A DNA stretch of 64,000 nucleotides from the human T2T-CHM13v2.0 reference genome, Homo sapiens (GCF_009914755.1 NC_060926.1), one strand, 5' to 3'; shown: positions 30,701 through 56,096, counted from the stretch's first letter. Notes: a model not told the origin generated them from the letters alone. Made by a program: numbers and translations.

Positions 30701-32902
30701 TCATATTTTTTTATTTCATGTTGACCTTGGAGAATCTGATGACCGTCTGTCTTGGGGATGGTCATCTTGTATAGTATCTCACAGGATTCTCTGCATTTCC
30801 TGGATTTAAATGGTGACTTCTTTAGAAAGATTTGGGAAATTTTTGTGGGCAGTATCCTCAAATATGTTTCCCAACTTGCTTGTTCTTTCTCCCTTTCTTT
30901 GAGTGATGCCTTGAGTCATATGGTTGGTCTCTTTACATAATCTCAGATTTCTCAGAGGTTTTGTTCATTCTTTTTTGTTCTTTATTTTCATCTGACTGAG
31001 TTGATTCAAAGAAGTGGTCTTTGAGATCTGAGATTCTTTCCTCAGCTTGGTCCGTTCTGCTGTTAGTACTTGTTATTGTATTATGAAATTCTTGAGGTGC
31101 ATTTTTCAGCTCTATCAGTTTAGTTTGGTTCTTTCTTAAAATGCTTATTTCATCTTTCAGCTCTTATGTCATCTTATTGGATTCCTTAGATTATTTGGAT
31201 TGGATTTTGACTTTCTTCTGAATCTCAATGACCTTTGTTTCTATCCAGATTCTGAAATCTATGTCTGTCATTTAATCCTGGTTAACAACCATTGTTGGAG
31301 AGTTAGTATGATTGCTTGAAGACAGGAAGACATTCTGGCTTTTTACATTGCCAGAGTTCTTGCACTGGTTCTTTCACATCTGTGTGGGCTAAGGTTCCTT
31401 TAAGGTTTTGAATTACTGTCCTTTGGATGGAGTTTTTTCCTTTTTTATATTCTTTAATGCCCTTGAGGGTTTGACTGTGGCACAAGGTAGTTTCAGTCAA
31501 ATGACTTCATTTCTGGAAGATTTCAGGGGGCAAAGGCTCAGCTCAGCACTCTTGAACTGCATGCTCTAACTTTGCAAGGCTGGTACCATACCCACATATT
31601 TGTTGTCTGGCCCTTCAATGTTAAGCACTGAGGTGTTCCCAGTCCACTGGCAACAACACTGTGATGGGGTGTGCCAGCCAAAGTGCTTCATTGTAGTGAT
31701 TGGTAGCAAGGTCCCCACTCACACATATGTGTCAGCAGCAGCAGCACACAGCAGGTATGCCTGTGTTGGCAGGGGTGCAGTGCCGGCAGGAGTGGGATGG
31801 GGGTGTTCTGCATACTTGCACCTGCCAGCCGGAGCAATGGTGCTGTGGGGTGCACTCATGTGCCGCTGGAGACAGAGTGGCAGCATCTTCATGAGTTTTA
31901 TGTTATCATTCTAGATCTTTAAAAATAATGTTCTGGACTTCTAACAAATGTATTTGTGAACGCAGAGAAAAAAAGAGTATTATTTTGTGCATTTCTACTT
32001 AATTATACCCAAGAAACTTTTACTTTACAATTTGTTCTTTTCACTCAACAATAGTCTTGAGGTTTATCCATCTCAAGATGGATACACATGTAGTTTATTC
32101 CTTTTAATTGTATAAGATTACATTGTATGTCAACAGCAGATTTTATTTACAATTTTATAACAAAAATAGCATTTTATTTGTCTCCTTTTACATAAATATA
32201 AGTTTGTCTAGAATAGTTACCTGGGTTACATGCATTTTTAGTTTGATGTATACTGCCATAATCCTTTCGGTATGGCCACTATAATTTGCCCTAATACGAA
32301 TAGCCTATCGGCATACCTGTTGTTCTTGAAAATCCTTGCAAATCCTTGATATTATTAAATTTTATAATGTTTTCCAATCTGATAATTGAAAAAATGGCAT
32401 ATTTTTGTTATTTTAATTTGCATTTCTGTGATTATTCACAAGCTTGAATATCTTTTATATATGTGTTATCCTTCAGCTTTTCCTTATCTGTAACTAGCCT
32501 GTTCATATCCTTTGTCCATTTTTTTGTTGAGTTGGTCTTCTTTATTAATTATATCTGTTATATGCATTTGTAAATTATATGTATTGCAAATATCAGTAGA
32601 TATTTAATTTTGTTTGTGATGATTTTTTTCACTCTAAGAAGTGTATTTTGTTATTTTCAACAGACAGAATTGCCAATACACAACACCGTTCACTTGATTT
32701 TGAAAATGAAAAAGAAAAAGGGGGAGAAAGAGCAGAATTGTTTCTGAAGTAGTACTTTATTATAGTACTTTTGAAGTTGCTTTTGAAGTACTACTTTAAT
32801 ATAATTGAATGTATCAAAATCTCTTTTTATGTCTAATGCCTTTGTATGTATCATTCAAAAGGTCCTTTTTACCTCATGATCACAAATATATTATTCTACA
32901 TC

Positions 32903-33160
<258 letters not shown>

Positions 33161-33595
33161 ACTACATTTTCTTATTACTACTTTTCCTTTTGAGCTTTTA
33201 ATATTTATTATGTGTAAGGATCTATCTATATTCCTTTCCACATAAATAGTTATCTCAACACCATTTGTGAACGATTTCTTTCTTTCTCCCACTGATTTAA
33301 AATACCAATTGTATGATGTAACAAATCCCATAGATTTGTTTCCACACTTTGTATTCTCTTTTCTTCCAATTTATTTTGCCTATTTGTATGTCACTATTAT
33401 TCAGTTTTAACTATTTTACCTTTACAAAAACAGCATCTTGTTTTCTTAAGTTTACTTGATCTTTCATTCTAAGATCTTATTCTTCCAAATGAATTTTATA
33501 ATCAGATTGTCAAGCTCAGTAAAAATCCCTGCAAAGATTTTGATTGGTGTATCTCTGATTAATTCATTTGGGGGAGAGATTACATCTTTATATTA

Positions 33596-33781
<186 letters not shown>

Positions 33782-33939
33782 TTAGTTCAAACTTGTGACA
33801 TGTCTCTCTAAGTATTCAGCTATTATCTTAATTATTATATTATTATATTCACAGTTTTTATAAAAATATAGACTGTCTTCACAGTTTTGTTCTTAGATAC
33901 TTTGTGTTTTTAATTGATATTGTGGATTAAATTCTCTTT

Positions 33940-34217
33940 GATCACTTATTCCTGGGGAAGCCAGCTGCCATGTCCTGAGGCAGCCCTGTGGAGAAAACCC
34001 CACTGGAAAAAACTGAAGCCTGCAATGGCTACATGAGTAAACTTGGAAGCAGATCTTCTCCACCCCACCCTACCTCATGGGAAATCTTAAGTCAAGGCAT
34101 ACAGCTAAGCCATGCCCAGATTCCTGACCCACAGAAGTCATAAGACAATAAATATTTGTTGTTTTAAGCTGCTATGTTTAGGGATGACTTGTTAAGCAAA
34201 ATGAGAAAAATAATACA
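33940..34217 (+). mobile_element. MLT1 LTR 3' part
   Basis: gattcctgacccacagaa...aataaatatttgttgttttaagctgcta...taataca. Confidence 0.8.
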
Positions 34218-35358
34218 ACAGGTGATTACAATGTTCAGCAGAGTTCAGGAACCACTGAGCCAGACCAGTACATGGTCTTAGAGAAGTCTAGTCTCTTCTT
34301 GAGCCCACAGGGAAATCTGTAGCATAAACTGCGCCATAGAGTTGTACAGCCAGAAGCAATTCTCACATCAGTCCGTCATTGACAGATGCTGTCTGGAGGA
34401 AAAGTAGAGGGGTGCACAACCTCCCTAGTATTCCCAGGTAGGTGCTTGTCAGCAGGACAAGGGTTTTAGAAACCTGCAGATATTAGCAGCCAACAAGAAG
34501 CACTGGGAGATGTGTTCATTGACCTGGTAAATGGATTCTGGCAGAAGCACCAAAAGCAGTTCTACACAGGATATACTTCACGCTTTGTAAAGTAAATGTA
34601 GAAGAGATGAGGTGAAATTTTGGATAAGATATGCCAATAGAAGGTATTCTGAGCAGGAGCCACCCCATTCCTCATGGGCGTCACCAACCACTCCAGAAAT
34701 GTTCTCATTTGCCTTTGTAACTTAGGTGGCCACACTTGTTTTTTTGGGCAGACAGCTCTGTTCCTTCCTTCCTTACTTACTTATTTATTCAAGAGCTAGG
34801 AAATGTGTGGAAGGTAGATTTGTCTGACCATTCTTACAGTGGTACTCCAAATAATCAACTATTTGGTTTCCCCAGAGGTCTCCCCTGCTCCCAGCATCTG
34901 TCATTTCAGGGCTTGGACCACTTTTAGAAGCACATGTATCTTTTGAGGCAATCTTATTTACACACATTTTGGTTTATGGTTTCCTTTTTTCAATGCTAAA
35001 TTGTCTGTCTCTTATCTTTCTGGCATATACTTAGTTTCTTGTCCATTGATTCACCTTTTGCTTTCTAGTTAGGTTATGAATTTTTCTATTACCTTTACAT
35101 CTTCACTTCAAAGGATTTAGGAATAGAGGGAGAGGCTGCAACCTGTGCTCAGCCCAACATTTTAAACCATGTCTGTATAAAATTTTAGCCAGCACTAAAC
35201 AATGCATGAAAAGTTTTATCACCATTAAATTGCATTCACTCAAATTTGAAATTCTTCTAAACAATGTTTGTTATAAATTTATTATAAACTACTTGTACTT
35301 ATAAAACACTACTTGATTAAAAATATGCTTTTAAATTAATTTTCATTCTTTCTTTCAA

Positions 35359-35534
35359 TTTTGTTCTAGGTGCTGTCTCTCCTGCTGTTGTTGTCCTTTA
35401 CACGATGGTGTTGCAAGAAAATGGATATGGTGTTGAGAAAGACATTCCAACCTTACTAATGGCTGCTAGCAGTATGGATGACATTCTGGCTCTCACTGGA
35501 TTCAATACATGCTTGAGCATAGTCTTCTCCTCGG
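35359..35534 (+). pseudogene. SLC9B1: SLC9B1-like exon D (about exon 7): acceptor mutated, DD motif retained
   Basis: tctttcAA|FVLGAVSPAVVVLYTMVLQENGYGVEKDIPTLLMAASSMDDILALTGFNTCLSIVFSS|gtaaac. Confidence 0.93.
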
Positions 35535-36298
35535 GTAAACAAGAAAATATAACAACCACCAGATCATTCATGACCTTTTTTGTTAGTTCTTTAAACAGGG
35601 TTTCTGGCTTTGCTTCTTCATTTATTAACCAAGACTGTTCAATTTAACATCTTTTTAATCTCCATAGAAGCTCATTCCAGACCAAGGAAGATATTTCAGT
35701 GGCCTAAGATACCACTACTTAACACACATGATCTCACTTTAATAATCATGTGACAATTAATTTGATAAACCATATTATTACTATTTATCTGCTTATGTTG
35801 CTTTTGAATTTTATCAGTTCTCATTAGAAAAAATTAAGCAGCAGTATTATATGTACTACTAATATTTTAATAGGCATTTTTGAAATGTGCCTTTTTGGCC
35901 ATCCTAATAAAAAACTGGTTGCTGTATTATAAGACAACATAAACATACAGAGCTGGGACAGCCATATGCCTTTTTGGTTGTGTTAGGACAAGATCCTGCA
36001 CCAGTTCTGATTCCCAAGTTGATATCTGGTCTTGAATATTACTAGAGAAATTGTGAAACTAAACATTTCCACATTAAGTAATGCTTTAATTATCTGCAAT
36101 GTTTGAGTCTTCTGTATTATTGAAGCGCTAAACTATTTTTAAGTTGAAAAGTAATATATAGTTTTATAGTTTCTCTTAAAATAAGAAAATATAAATAAAT
36201 AAGAAAAAGAGGAAAAGTTAAAAATAAAATCTGCAATAGTCACATCCAGGAGAAAAGAATCATTTCCTTCTGAACCTTTTGATATAAATCCACCCATA

Positions 36299-36379
36299 TT
36301 CCATTCCCTCCCCTTCCCTTCTTCCCTTCCCTTCCCTTCCCCTCTCCTCCCCCTTCCCTTCCCTTACCCCTCTCTCTCT
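36299..36379. repeat. (CCCTT)n polypyrimidine tract
   Basis: Seen directly in the sequence. Confidence 0.9.
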
Positions 36380-36413
36380 GTCAAATATTCTTATAAAAAT
36401 CAGTGAATATTGA

Positions 36414-36728
<315 letters not shown>

Positions 36729-36957
36729 TAATATGTTCTTATAACCTGAATTGTTTTACACTTAACTGTATATCACAAACATGTTTCTTTTCAGTAAATG
36801 TATTTGTATATCATTTTTAATAGTTGTTTAGCTTAGTGAAAGAGTATTCAGTGTGCTGCATCATGATTTCTTATCCTGTTCAAAATTAAAGTTAACTCCA
36901 ATATTTACTATTAAAATAATACTTAGTTGTGCTGCTATAAAAATATTTTTTAAATTA

Positions 36958-37241
<284 letters not shown>

Positions 37242-37821
37242 TTTTTTTAATTAGAAAAATAATACTTAGTTGAACATACAGAGAAATATTTGTACCTAAT
37301 CTTCATATTTTCTTAAGCTTAAAAGTGTAATTGTTGATCTAAAAGGTATATACATTTATGAGTGTTCTGAAACACATTGCCACAATATCATGTCCTACCA
37401 GGGCACATAAACTTGTCATTTCCTCTCACCTCTCTTCAAAACTTGGTATTACTAACCTTTTTCATCTTTGCTAATTTGATAGGTGAAGGAGGGATCTCTA
37501 TAAATGAAGTACTTTGAATATTAGTGTTGTTAAATATCCATGTTTATTAGTCATTGGCATTTTGTAAATTGCTTTTCTTGAAAGTTTTTTGCCTATTTCT
37601 TTTATGTGGGTTCACCTTTTGTTCTTTTTGATTTGTCAAGATTCTGCATTAAATTGAGAATGAAAACCTTTGTTTTATATACTTTAGTTTTTTCAATTTG
37701 TAATTTGGCTTTTAATTTTCTCACTCTTTTTACCATTCAGAAGTTAAAGTTTTTTATTTTCAATTGTGAAAATCTGTTCCTTCATGATTGGTATCTGTCA
37801 TTCTTTCAAAAAATATTGTTA

Positions 37822-38165
<344 letters not shown>

Positions 38166-38494
38166 CTACTATGCCAAACACTGAGAATAAACAGTAGGCA
38201 ACAACATTAGCTTTTATTGAATACTTGCTTGGCTCTTGTTCTACGTTCCATATATGTCACCACTCATTTACAGGTAAGGAAACTTAGAAAGATGTTAAGT
38301 AATTTTCTCAAGGACAGAGATCCAATAAGTAGGGGAGCCAAGATGCAAATCTGACAGTCTCACTCCACACCCACACATTTAACTCTTCTCTTCTCCACTG
38401 CCTCCCAACACAACAGAGAGACAAGATCAAATGGTGCATGTTCTCAATGAGCTTGTATATTAAAGAAAAATTACAAATGGGATGAATATTACAT

Positions 38495-39056
38495 TGTGAA
38501 GGTTAATATTAAGTAAGTGTCAACTTGATTGGATTGAAGGATCCAAAGTGTTTTTCCCGGTTGTGTCTGTGAGGGTGTTGCCAAAGGAGATTAACATTTA
38601 TTTAGTGGACTGGGAAAGGCAGATCCACCCTCAATGTGGGTGGGCACCATACTATCAGCTGCCAGCATGGCTAGAATAAAGCAGGCAGAAGAAGGTTAGG
38701 AGAAGCTGACTTGCTGAGCCTACTGGCCCTCATCTTTCTCCCATGCTGGATGCTTCCTGCACTCAAATATCAGACGCCAGGTTCTTTGGCTTTTGGACTC
38801 TTGGACTTACTCCAGTTGTTTTCCAGGGGCTCTCAGGCCTTCATCCAGAGACCCAAAGCTGGCCTGTCGGTTTCCCTACTTTTGAGGTGTTGGAACTCGG
38901 ACTGAGCCAATACTAGATTCCTTGCTCCTCATCTTGCAGACAGCCTGTTGTAGGACTTCAATTGTGATGGTGTGATTCAATTCTCCTTAATAAACTCCCT
39001 TCATATATATATATATCCTATTAGCTCTATCCCTCTAGAGAATCATGACTAATACA
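38495..39056 (+). mobile_element. MLT2A-type (HERV-L) LTR
   Basis: tgtgaaggttaatatt...tgtcaacttgattggattgaagga...ccctctagagaatcatgactaataca. Confidence 0.88.
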
Positions 39057-39424
39057 TATTTTGATACTGAGGTAATGGAGTATTGCTATAAGATACCTGA
39101 GAATGTGGAAGTGACTTTGGAACTGTGTAATGTGCAGAGTTTGGAACAGTTGGGAGGACTCAGAAGAAGACCAGAAGATGTGGGAAAGTTTGGAACTGCC
39201 TAGAGACTTGTTGAATGGCTTTGACCAAACTGCTGATAGTGACTTGGACAGTGAAGTCCAGGCTGAGGAGGTCCAAGATGGAGATGAACAACTTGTTGGG
39301 AACTGACGTAAAGGTCACTCTTGCTATGCTTTAGCAAAGAGACTGGTGGCATTTTGCCCCTGCCCTATAGATTTATGGAACTTTGAAATTGAGAGAGATG
39401 ACTGAGGACATCTGGTAGAGGAAA

Positions 39425-41947
<2,523 letters not shown>

Positions 41948-42104
41948 TTTTTTTTTTTTTTTTTTTGAACGAGAAAAGAACTGTTTAATTTTTTTGATGT
42001 TTTCAATGTTGATATTTTTTCCAAGAATTAGAGAAATATCTCTGGATGGCTATCTAAAATTTGTTATTTTTGTACAGAGATGGTATGTAGGAGAGTGTCA
42101 TAGT

Positions 42105-48256
<6,152 letters not shown>

Positions 48257-48816
48257 AGGACATCTGGTAGAAGAAATTTGTAAGCAGCAAAGTGTTCAAT
48301 TTATGACCTGAGTGCTCTTAAAAGTGTTCAGTTTTATGCATTCACAAAAATATGGTTTGGAATTAGAACTTATGTTTAAAAGGGAGCAGAGCATAAAAGT
48401 TTGGAAGATTTGCAGCCTGATGATGTGATAGAAAAGAAAACCCATTTTCTGGGGAGAAATTCAAGCTGACTGCAGAAATTTGCAAAAGTAACAAGGAGCC
48501 AAATGTTAATTGACAAGATAATGGGGAAATTGTCTCCAGGGCATGCCAGAGTTCTTCACGACAGCCCCTCCCATCACAGGGTTGGAGGCCTAGGAGGGAA
48601 AAAATGGGTTTGTGGGCCAGGCCCAGAACTTTGCTGCTCTGTGCAGTCTTGGGACTTGGTGCCCTGTGTCCCAGCCATGGCTAAAAGGAGCCAAGGTACA
48701 GCTCAGGCTATTGCTTCAGAGTTCAATCCCCAAGCCTTGGCAGCTTCCACGTAGTGTTGGGTTGATATGCTAGTTGGACATTTGTATTTTTTTTGGAAAA
48801 AATGTCTATTCAAGTC

Positions 48817-49169
48817 TATCTTAGTCCATTCCTGCTGCTATAACAAAATACCTTAGGCTGGTAATTTATAAACAACAGAAATTTATTTCTTGCATTCTGG
48901 AGTGTGAGAAGTCCAAGATTTAGGCTACAACAGACTCAGTGACTGGTGAGGTCACTATATTCACTATACATAGCACCTTCTCTGTGTCCTCACATGTTCA
49001 AAAGGGAAAACAAACTCCCTTAAGCCTCTTTTATAAAGGCCCTAGTCCCATTTCTGAGGGCTATGAATTCATGAACTTATCATCTCCAAAATGCCCCACC
49101 TCTTAATATTATCACACTGAATATTAGGCTCCAGCATATGAATATTGGGAGAACATTTGGACCATAGCA
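48817..49169 (-). mobile_element. MaLR solo LTR (MLT1A/MSTC-like) with 5-bp TSD AAGTC
   Basis: aagtc|tatcttagtccatt...accatagca|aagtc. Confidence 0.88.
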
Positions 49170-49593
49170 AAGTCAACTGACCATTTCTCATTTAGGTTGT
49201 TTTGTTATTGAGTTGTTGTTCTGTATATATTTTAGATATTAACCCCTTATCAGGTATTTGGTTTGCTGGGAGGTTTTTGATTCCTGATTCAGTTACTAGT
49301 TATAGGTTTATTAAGATTTTTTATTTTGTGACTTAGTCTTGGTAACTTGCATGTTACTAGGAATCTGTTCATTTCTCCTAGGTTATCCAACTTGTCAGTA
49401 TATAATCATTCATAGTAGACTCTTAGAATCCTTTTTATTTCTGTAATATCTGTTGAAGTGTCTTCTCTTTTGTTCCTAAAAGAAGTTGAGTCTTCTTTTT
49501 TTTTTTCTTAAATATTCTAGCTAATGATTTGTCAATTTTGTTGAACTTTGAAACAACTACTAGTTTCATTGAGTTTTTTTCTATTCTCTAGCC

Positions 49594-49887
49594 TTTTTTT
49601 TTTTTTTGAGATGGAGTTTCGCTCTTATTGCCCAGGCTGTAGTGCAATGGAGTGATCTCTGCTCACTGCAACTCCGCCTCCCAGTTCAAGTGACTCTGCT
49701 GCCTCAGCCTCCAGAGTAGCTGGGATTACAGGCATGCACCACCATGCCCGGCTAATTTTGTATTTTTTGGTAGAGACAGATTTCTCCATGTTGCTGAGGC
49801 AGGTCTTGAACTCCCAACCTCAGGTGATCCACCTGCCTCGGCCTCCCAAAGTGCTGGGATTACAGTCGTGAGCCACTGCACCCAGCC
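49594..49887 (-). mobile_element. Alu (Sp/Sq-like)
   Basis: gagtttcgctcttattgccc; tttctccatgttg. Confidence 0.92.
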
Positions 49888-50140
49888 TTCTGCTCTAGAC
49901 TTTATTATTTCCTTCCTTTTGTTAACATTGGGTTGAGTTCTTCTTTTTCCAGTTTCTTGAGGTGTAAAGCTAAGTTGCTGATTTTAGATCTTTCTTCTTT
50001 TTTAAGGTAGGTAGTTAGATATATAAACTGTCCTGTTCACATTTATTTTGCTGCATCCCACAAGCTTTGGAATGTTGTGTTTCCATTTTTATTTGTCTCA
50101 AGACATTTTCTAATTTTCCTTGTGACTTATTCTTTGACTA

Positions 50141-50817
50141 TGTATTAATCAGAGTTCTCCAGAGGGTCAGATCCAATAGGAAATATAGATATAGCTATAG
50201 ATATAGATATAGATATAGATACATATACATTCATCTAAAAGAGAATATATTTACATATATATGAAATATAATTTATTAAGGAGAATTGGCTCACATAATT
50301 ACAAAGGCGAAGTCCCACAATAGGCCATCTATAAGCTGGAAAATGAGATAAGTCTACAGCATGGCTCCCAAGGAAGCCAGTGACATGGCTCAGTCCAAAT
50401 CTGAAGGCCTCAAAACCAGGGAAGCTGACAGTGCAGCCACTAGTCTGAGGCCCAAGGCCTGAGAGGTCCCAAAAGGCTGCTGATGCAAGTCCCACGGTCC
50501 AAAGGCCAAAGAACCTAGAGTTTGATGTGCAAGGGCAAGAGGAGAAAAAGGCATACTGCTCTGGAAGAGAGAGAAAGTGCATAAAAAAGAAATCCAAGCA
50601 AGCCGAATGTTCCCATTCTTCTGCCTTTTTGTTCTAGTCACACTTGCAACCAATTGCATTATGCCTACCCACAGTGAGGATGGGTTTTTCTCTCTCAGTC
50701 CACTAATTCATCCATCATTCTCCTGTGGCAGCACCCTCACAGATATACCCACACACAGTGCTTCATCAGGCTTCTAAGCATCCCTCAATCAAATTGACAA
50801 TTAATATTAACCACACA
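50141..50817 (-). mobile_element. MLT2 (ERVL) LTR
   Basis: tgtattaatcagagttctccagag...aaattgacaattaatattaaccacaca. Confidence 0.87.
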
Positions 50818-51961
50818 GGCCAATTGGTTAAGAGAGTATATTTTTGTAATTTCCATGTATTTATTACTTTTCCTTTTTCCTTCTGCTATGAATTTGTAAT
50901 TTCATTTAATGTGGTCAGAAAAGATATTTGGTATGAGTTTAGTTTTCTTAAATTTTTTAAAAACTTGTTTGTGGACTAGCATGCCATCTATCCTGGAAAA
51001 GTCTTGGTATGTGCTTGAGAAGAAAGCATATTTTGCTATTATTGGGTGAAGTGTTCTGTATATGTCAGACAGGTCCAATTGCTCTACAATGTTGTTCAAG
51101 TTCTGTGTTTTCCAGTTGATCTTCTGTCTGGTTATTGTATCCATCATTGAAAGTGGAATATTGAAGTTTTCTGTTATTATGATGTTGTTATCTATGTTAC
51201 CCCTCAATTCTGTCTATGTTAGCTTCATATATTTAGATGCTGTACTGTTAGTTGCATATACATTTATAATTGCTATATCTTCTTGTTCAATTGGCCCTTT
51301 TATTATTATGTAATACCCTTGTCTCTTGTGCTATTATTTGACTTAAACTCTATTTTGTCTAAGTATGGCCATCCTTGTTCTCTTTTGGTTACCGAATGCA
51401 TTGAATATCTTTTTCCATCCTTTCACTTTCAACCTTTGTGTGTGTTTAGATCTAACATAAGTCTCTTGCATATAGTATATATTTAGATTTTTTTAATCCA
51501 TTCGGGCAATTCTCTGTCTTTTGATTGGAAAATTAGCCTAGTTGCATTTAAAGTAGTTACTGATAGGGAGGGGCTTACTATTGTCATTTTGTTCATTGTT
51601 TTATACATGCCTTGCAGGTATATTTTTCCACTTTTCCTCTCTTTCTGCCTCCCTTTATGTTTCACTGATTTCTTTTTTTGGTAGGGACGTGCTTTGGTTC
51701 CTTTCTCATTTTTATTTGTGTATCTTCTGTAGGTCTTTTCTTTGTGGTTACTGTAGAATTACATGAAAACGTCTTATAGTTATAATAATCTATTTTAAAT
51801 TGGCAACAACTTAACTTTAATCACATACAAAAACTCTACTTCTTTACACCTCCTTCTCACTTTGTTATCAATGTCACACAATATATATTTTATATTGTTT
51901 ATTCACATAATTTAATACAGTAATATTGTGCTTTTACCTTTTAAATTCTATGCTTCAATTA

Positions 51962-52318
<357 letters not shown>

Positions 52319-53028
52319 TCATATATTTACTTTTACCAAAGAAGTTTATATTTTGTATGCTTTTGTATTTCTATCCAATGCCTTTTCATTTCCACTTGGA
52401 GGACTCCCTTTAACATTTTTTGTAAGGTAGGTCTAGTGGTGATCAACTCCCTCACCTTTTACTTCTCTGGGGAACTCTTTGTTTGTCCTTCATTTTTGAA
52501 GTAGAGTTTTACTGGCTATATGGTTCTTGGTTGACAGTTATTTTTTTCTTTCAGCCCTTTTAATACATCATCCCATTCTCTTCTGGCCTGTAGAGTTTTT
52601 GCTGAGAATTCCATTGATTACCATATGGCATCTCCCTTGTATGTGACAAGTTGCTTTGATCCTGTTCCTTTCAAAATTCTCTCTTTGTCTTTGACTTTTG
52701 ACAGTTTGATTGTAATGTGTCTCATTGTAGGTCTTTTGCAAATTATCCAACTTGGAGTTCTTTGAGCCTCTTGGATTTGTATGTCCATTTCCTTCTTTAA
52801 GTTTGAGAAGTTTTTGGTCATTATTTTTTTAACTGGCTCTCTGCCCCTTTATTTTTCTCTTCTCGTTCTTGCACTTTCATAATGCATACATTGGTCTGCT
52901 TCATGGCATCCTGTAAGTCTCTTAGGCTGTCTTCACTCTTCACTCCTTTTCCCTTTTGCTCCTCTGACTCCATAATTTCAAATGACTAGTCTTCCATTTC
53001 ACTGATTCTTTCTTCTGCTTGATGTTAT

Positions 53029-53759
53029 TGAAACTGCCTTTGCAAAAATTATAACTGAAGAAATTATAACAGCAAAAGACATCAGACTTAATCAACTCCA
53101 TCTTGCTTCTAGCATTTAAACTGTCCTTGTTCATTCCTGGCAGTAGGATGAACTAATTTTGGGATGGTATTCAGTTTATGGTTTTACTCTCAAACAAAGT
53201 TGATAGTAGCCATTTCCCAAAAAGATCCCCTTCTTGCCTGGAACCAGTCTGCCTTTGCAGGATAAACAAATTAGCCATAACATTAGAAATTACAGCTGAG
53301 GGGTTATGCAGCCTCTGGCTCCAAGAGTCTGAAACTCTCCAAATTGCTCCTGGGTATAACATCACTATTGTAAAACCTAAAATCAGTGCTTGAGATATTT
53401 TGCAGACCCTGCACTGGATGAATCAGTTGACACCACCCAGGCTGGTAATATGGCTCAAGCAGTTCTGCCACCCCACTCACAAACAGAAGACAGCAAGAAA
53501 ACATCACTTCAACCCCGTATGATTTCATCTCCAACCTGATGAATAAGCAGTCCCCACTTCCCAAGCCCCTACCTGCCAAATTATCTTTAAACGTTCTGAT
53601 CCCTGAATGCTCAGGGAGACTGATTTGAGTAATAATAAAACTCTGATCTCCTGCACAGCAGGCTCTGCCTGAATTACTCTTTCTCCATTGCAATTCCCCT
53701 GTCTTGATAAATCAGCTCTGTCTAAGCAGGTCACATGGTGAACCCATTGGGCAGTTACA
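53029..53759 (+). mobile_element. LTR8-like ERV1 solo LTR
   Basis: tgaaactgcctttgcaaaaattataac...aataaaactctg...gaacccattgggcagttaca. Confidence 0.82.
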
Positions 53760-54764
53760 CCGTCTATTGGTGATTTCCGATAGTGAATTTTTCAATTGAG
53801 CTATTGTATTCCTTAGCTCCAGAGTTTCTGTATGGTTCCTTTTTTTTTTAGTCTCTATCTCTGTTAATATTTTCATTTTGTTCATGAGTTATTTCCTGCT
53901 TTCACTTAGTTGTCTATTTCTGTTGTCACTGGGCTTCATTAAGAGAGTTAGTTTGGATTCTTTGTCAAGTAACTCATTTATCTATTTCTTTAGGGTTGGT
54001 TTCTGGAGATTTATTTTGCTCCTTTAATTTAGTCATCAGGTTTCTCTGTTTCTTCTTATGTCTTGTTATTTTTTATTTTTTATTTATTTTTGCCAAGATT
54101 TGGGCGTTTGAAAAAACTGCCACTTTTCCCACTTTTTATCAGCTGGCTTCATACGGAAGATCTTCATACCTGAATCAGCATGGCGATAGGTTCCAGCATC
54201 CTCTCAAACTTTTTCTGGGAATGCATCTTCTTTGGGTTTATACATTGCAACATCCCAAGTAGAGGTTTGCCAGTTTCTTTTTCTGGAGCTGTTGCTCCCT
54301 CTGGTATCTGTCTGTGGTACTGCAGGTTCCCTGGTGCTGCATCACCTCTGACCTCTCCTTTATTCCCAGTGGCTCCCATGCATCCAAAGTATGCCAGTTG
54401 GGCGTCAAGTTAGAGAGAGAGAGAGAGCTTCAGGTAACCTCATAAAACTTTCCGTTCCAGTCTTCTCTTTCCCTGCTAACGGAGCAGCTGCAAGTTGAGT
54501 GCTTCCCAGCCAAACCAACCTGTTCCAGCTTGGGGAAGGGGTATCATGAGTATAATGCAGCAGCTTTTCTTATTTGTTCAATGCCACTATTCTTGGCTTT
54601 GCACTTGTCTGTGCTACTACAACTTCTTAATGGTTTATGGAACTCCATAAAGGCTTTTAGACCATATATTGTTTTTCAGTTGGTATCTTTATGGAGAATC
54701 AAGGTTTGGAGCTTCCCATTCCACCATCTGGCTGACATCACTCTGTTTACATTATTTTTAATTT

Positions 54765-55040
54765 TTATTATATTTTATTTCCTTGAGACAGGATCTTGCT
54801 CTGTCAGCCAGGCTAGAGTGCAGCCTCGAACTCCTGAGCTCAAGGGACCTCCTCCCTCAGGCTACTGAGTACTTGGACTATAGGCACACACCACATACCG
54901 GGCTAATTTCTTGTTTTCTTGTGAAGATGGGGTTTCACTCTGTTGCCCAAGTTGGTCTCAACTCTTGGGCTCAAGCAATCCTTTTGCCTTGGCCTCCCAA
55001 AGTGCTAGGATTAAAGGTGTGAGCCCACCATGCGCTGCCT
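54765..55040 (-). mobile_element. Alu (J-like) with deletion
   Basis: Alu motifs. Confidence 0.87.
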
Positions 55041-55365
55041 GTTATATTTAGTAGAAAATATATCTAAAAATATACTTATGTACTATATTGAATCCACTAC
55101 CCAGAGCTTAACTGAACTATTTTTGTGACTCATTCTGTTTTTTTATTTTTTGCTTTTTACTTATTACAATGAACTACAAGTATGGATATATTAATATTAA
55201 TTAATATAAAATATACTGGAATCTTTTGTATTTTTTTTTCCTTTTTTCTTCACCAAAAGCAGAAACTTAAATATACTGAAATCTTAAATGACCCTTGAAT
55301 GTTTCTAGGACTGACCGTGGAACAAAATTTTTTATGTTGTTATTACATTGTTCTTTTCATGTTAA

Positions 55366-55780
<415 letters not shown>

Positions 55781-56096
55781 GACTACCTCACTCTGTCTTT
55801 TAAATTGGCTATGTAAGGGGAGCATCTTGTGCTTGTTAAGTCTTTGTTTTCTGGCCTATTTATATAATGGATATTTCTGAGTTGTGTGTTTATATTAAAT
55901 TATTTGAGAGTATATTTTTAATGTAGTAAATAGATCTATGTGTTTTCATACATGTCACTATAAAAAGACCATTTGCATATATTTGTTCTATAAAATGCTT
56001 ACTTTTCTTCATGAACCACCTAGATTTGCTTTTCTGATGTGTAGTGTATGTGAAAATATTTCTTTGTGAATTTTTTTTTATTGTGTGCCCCTACAG

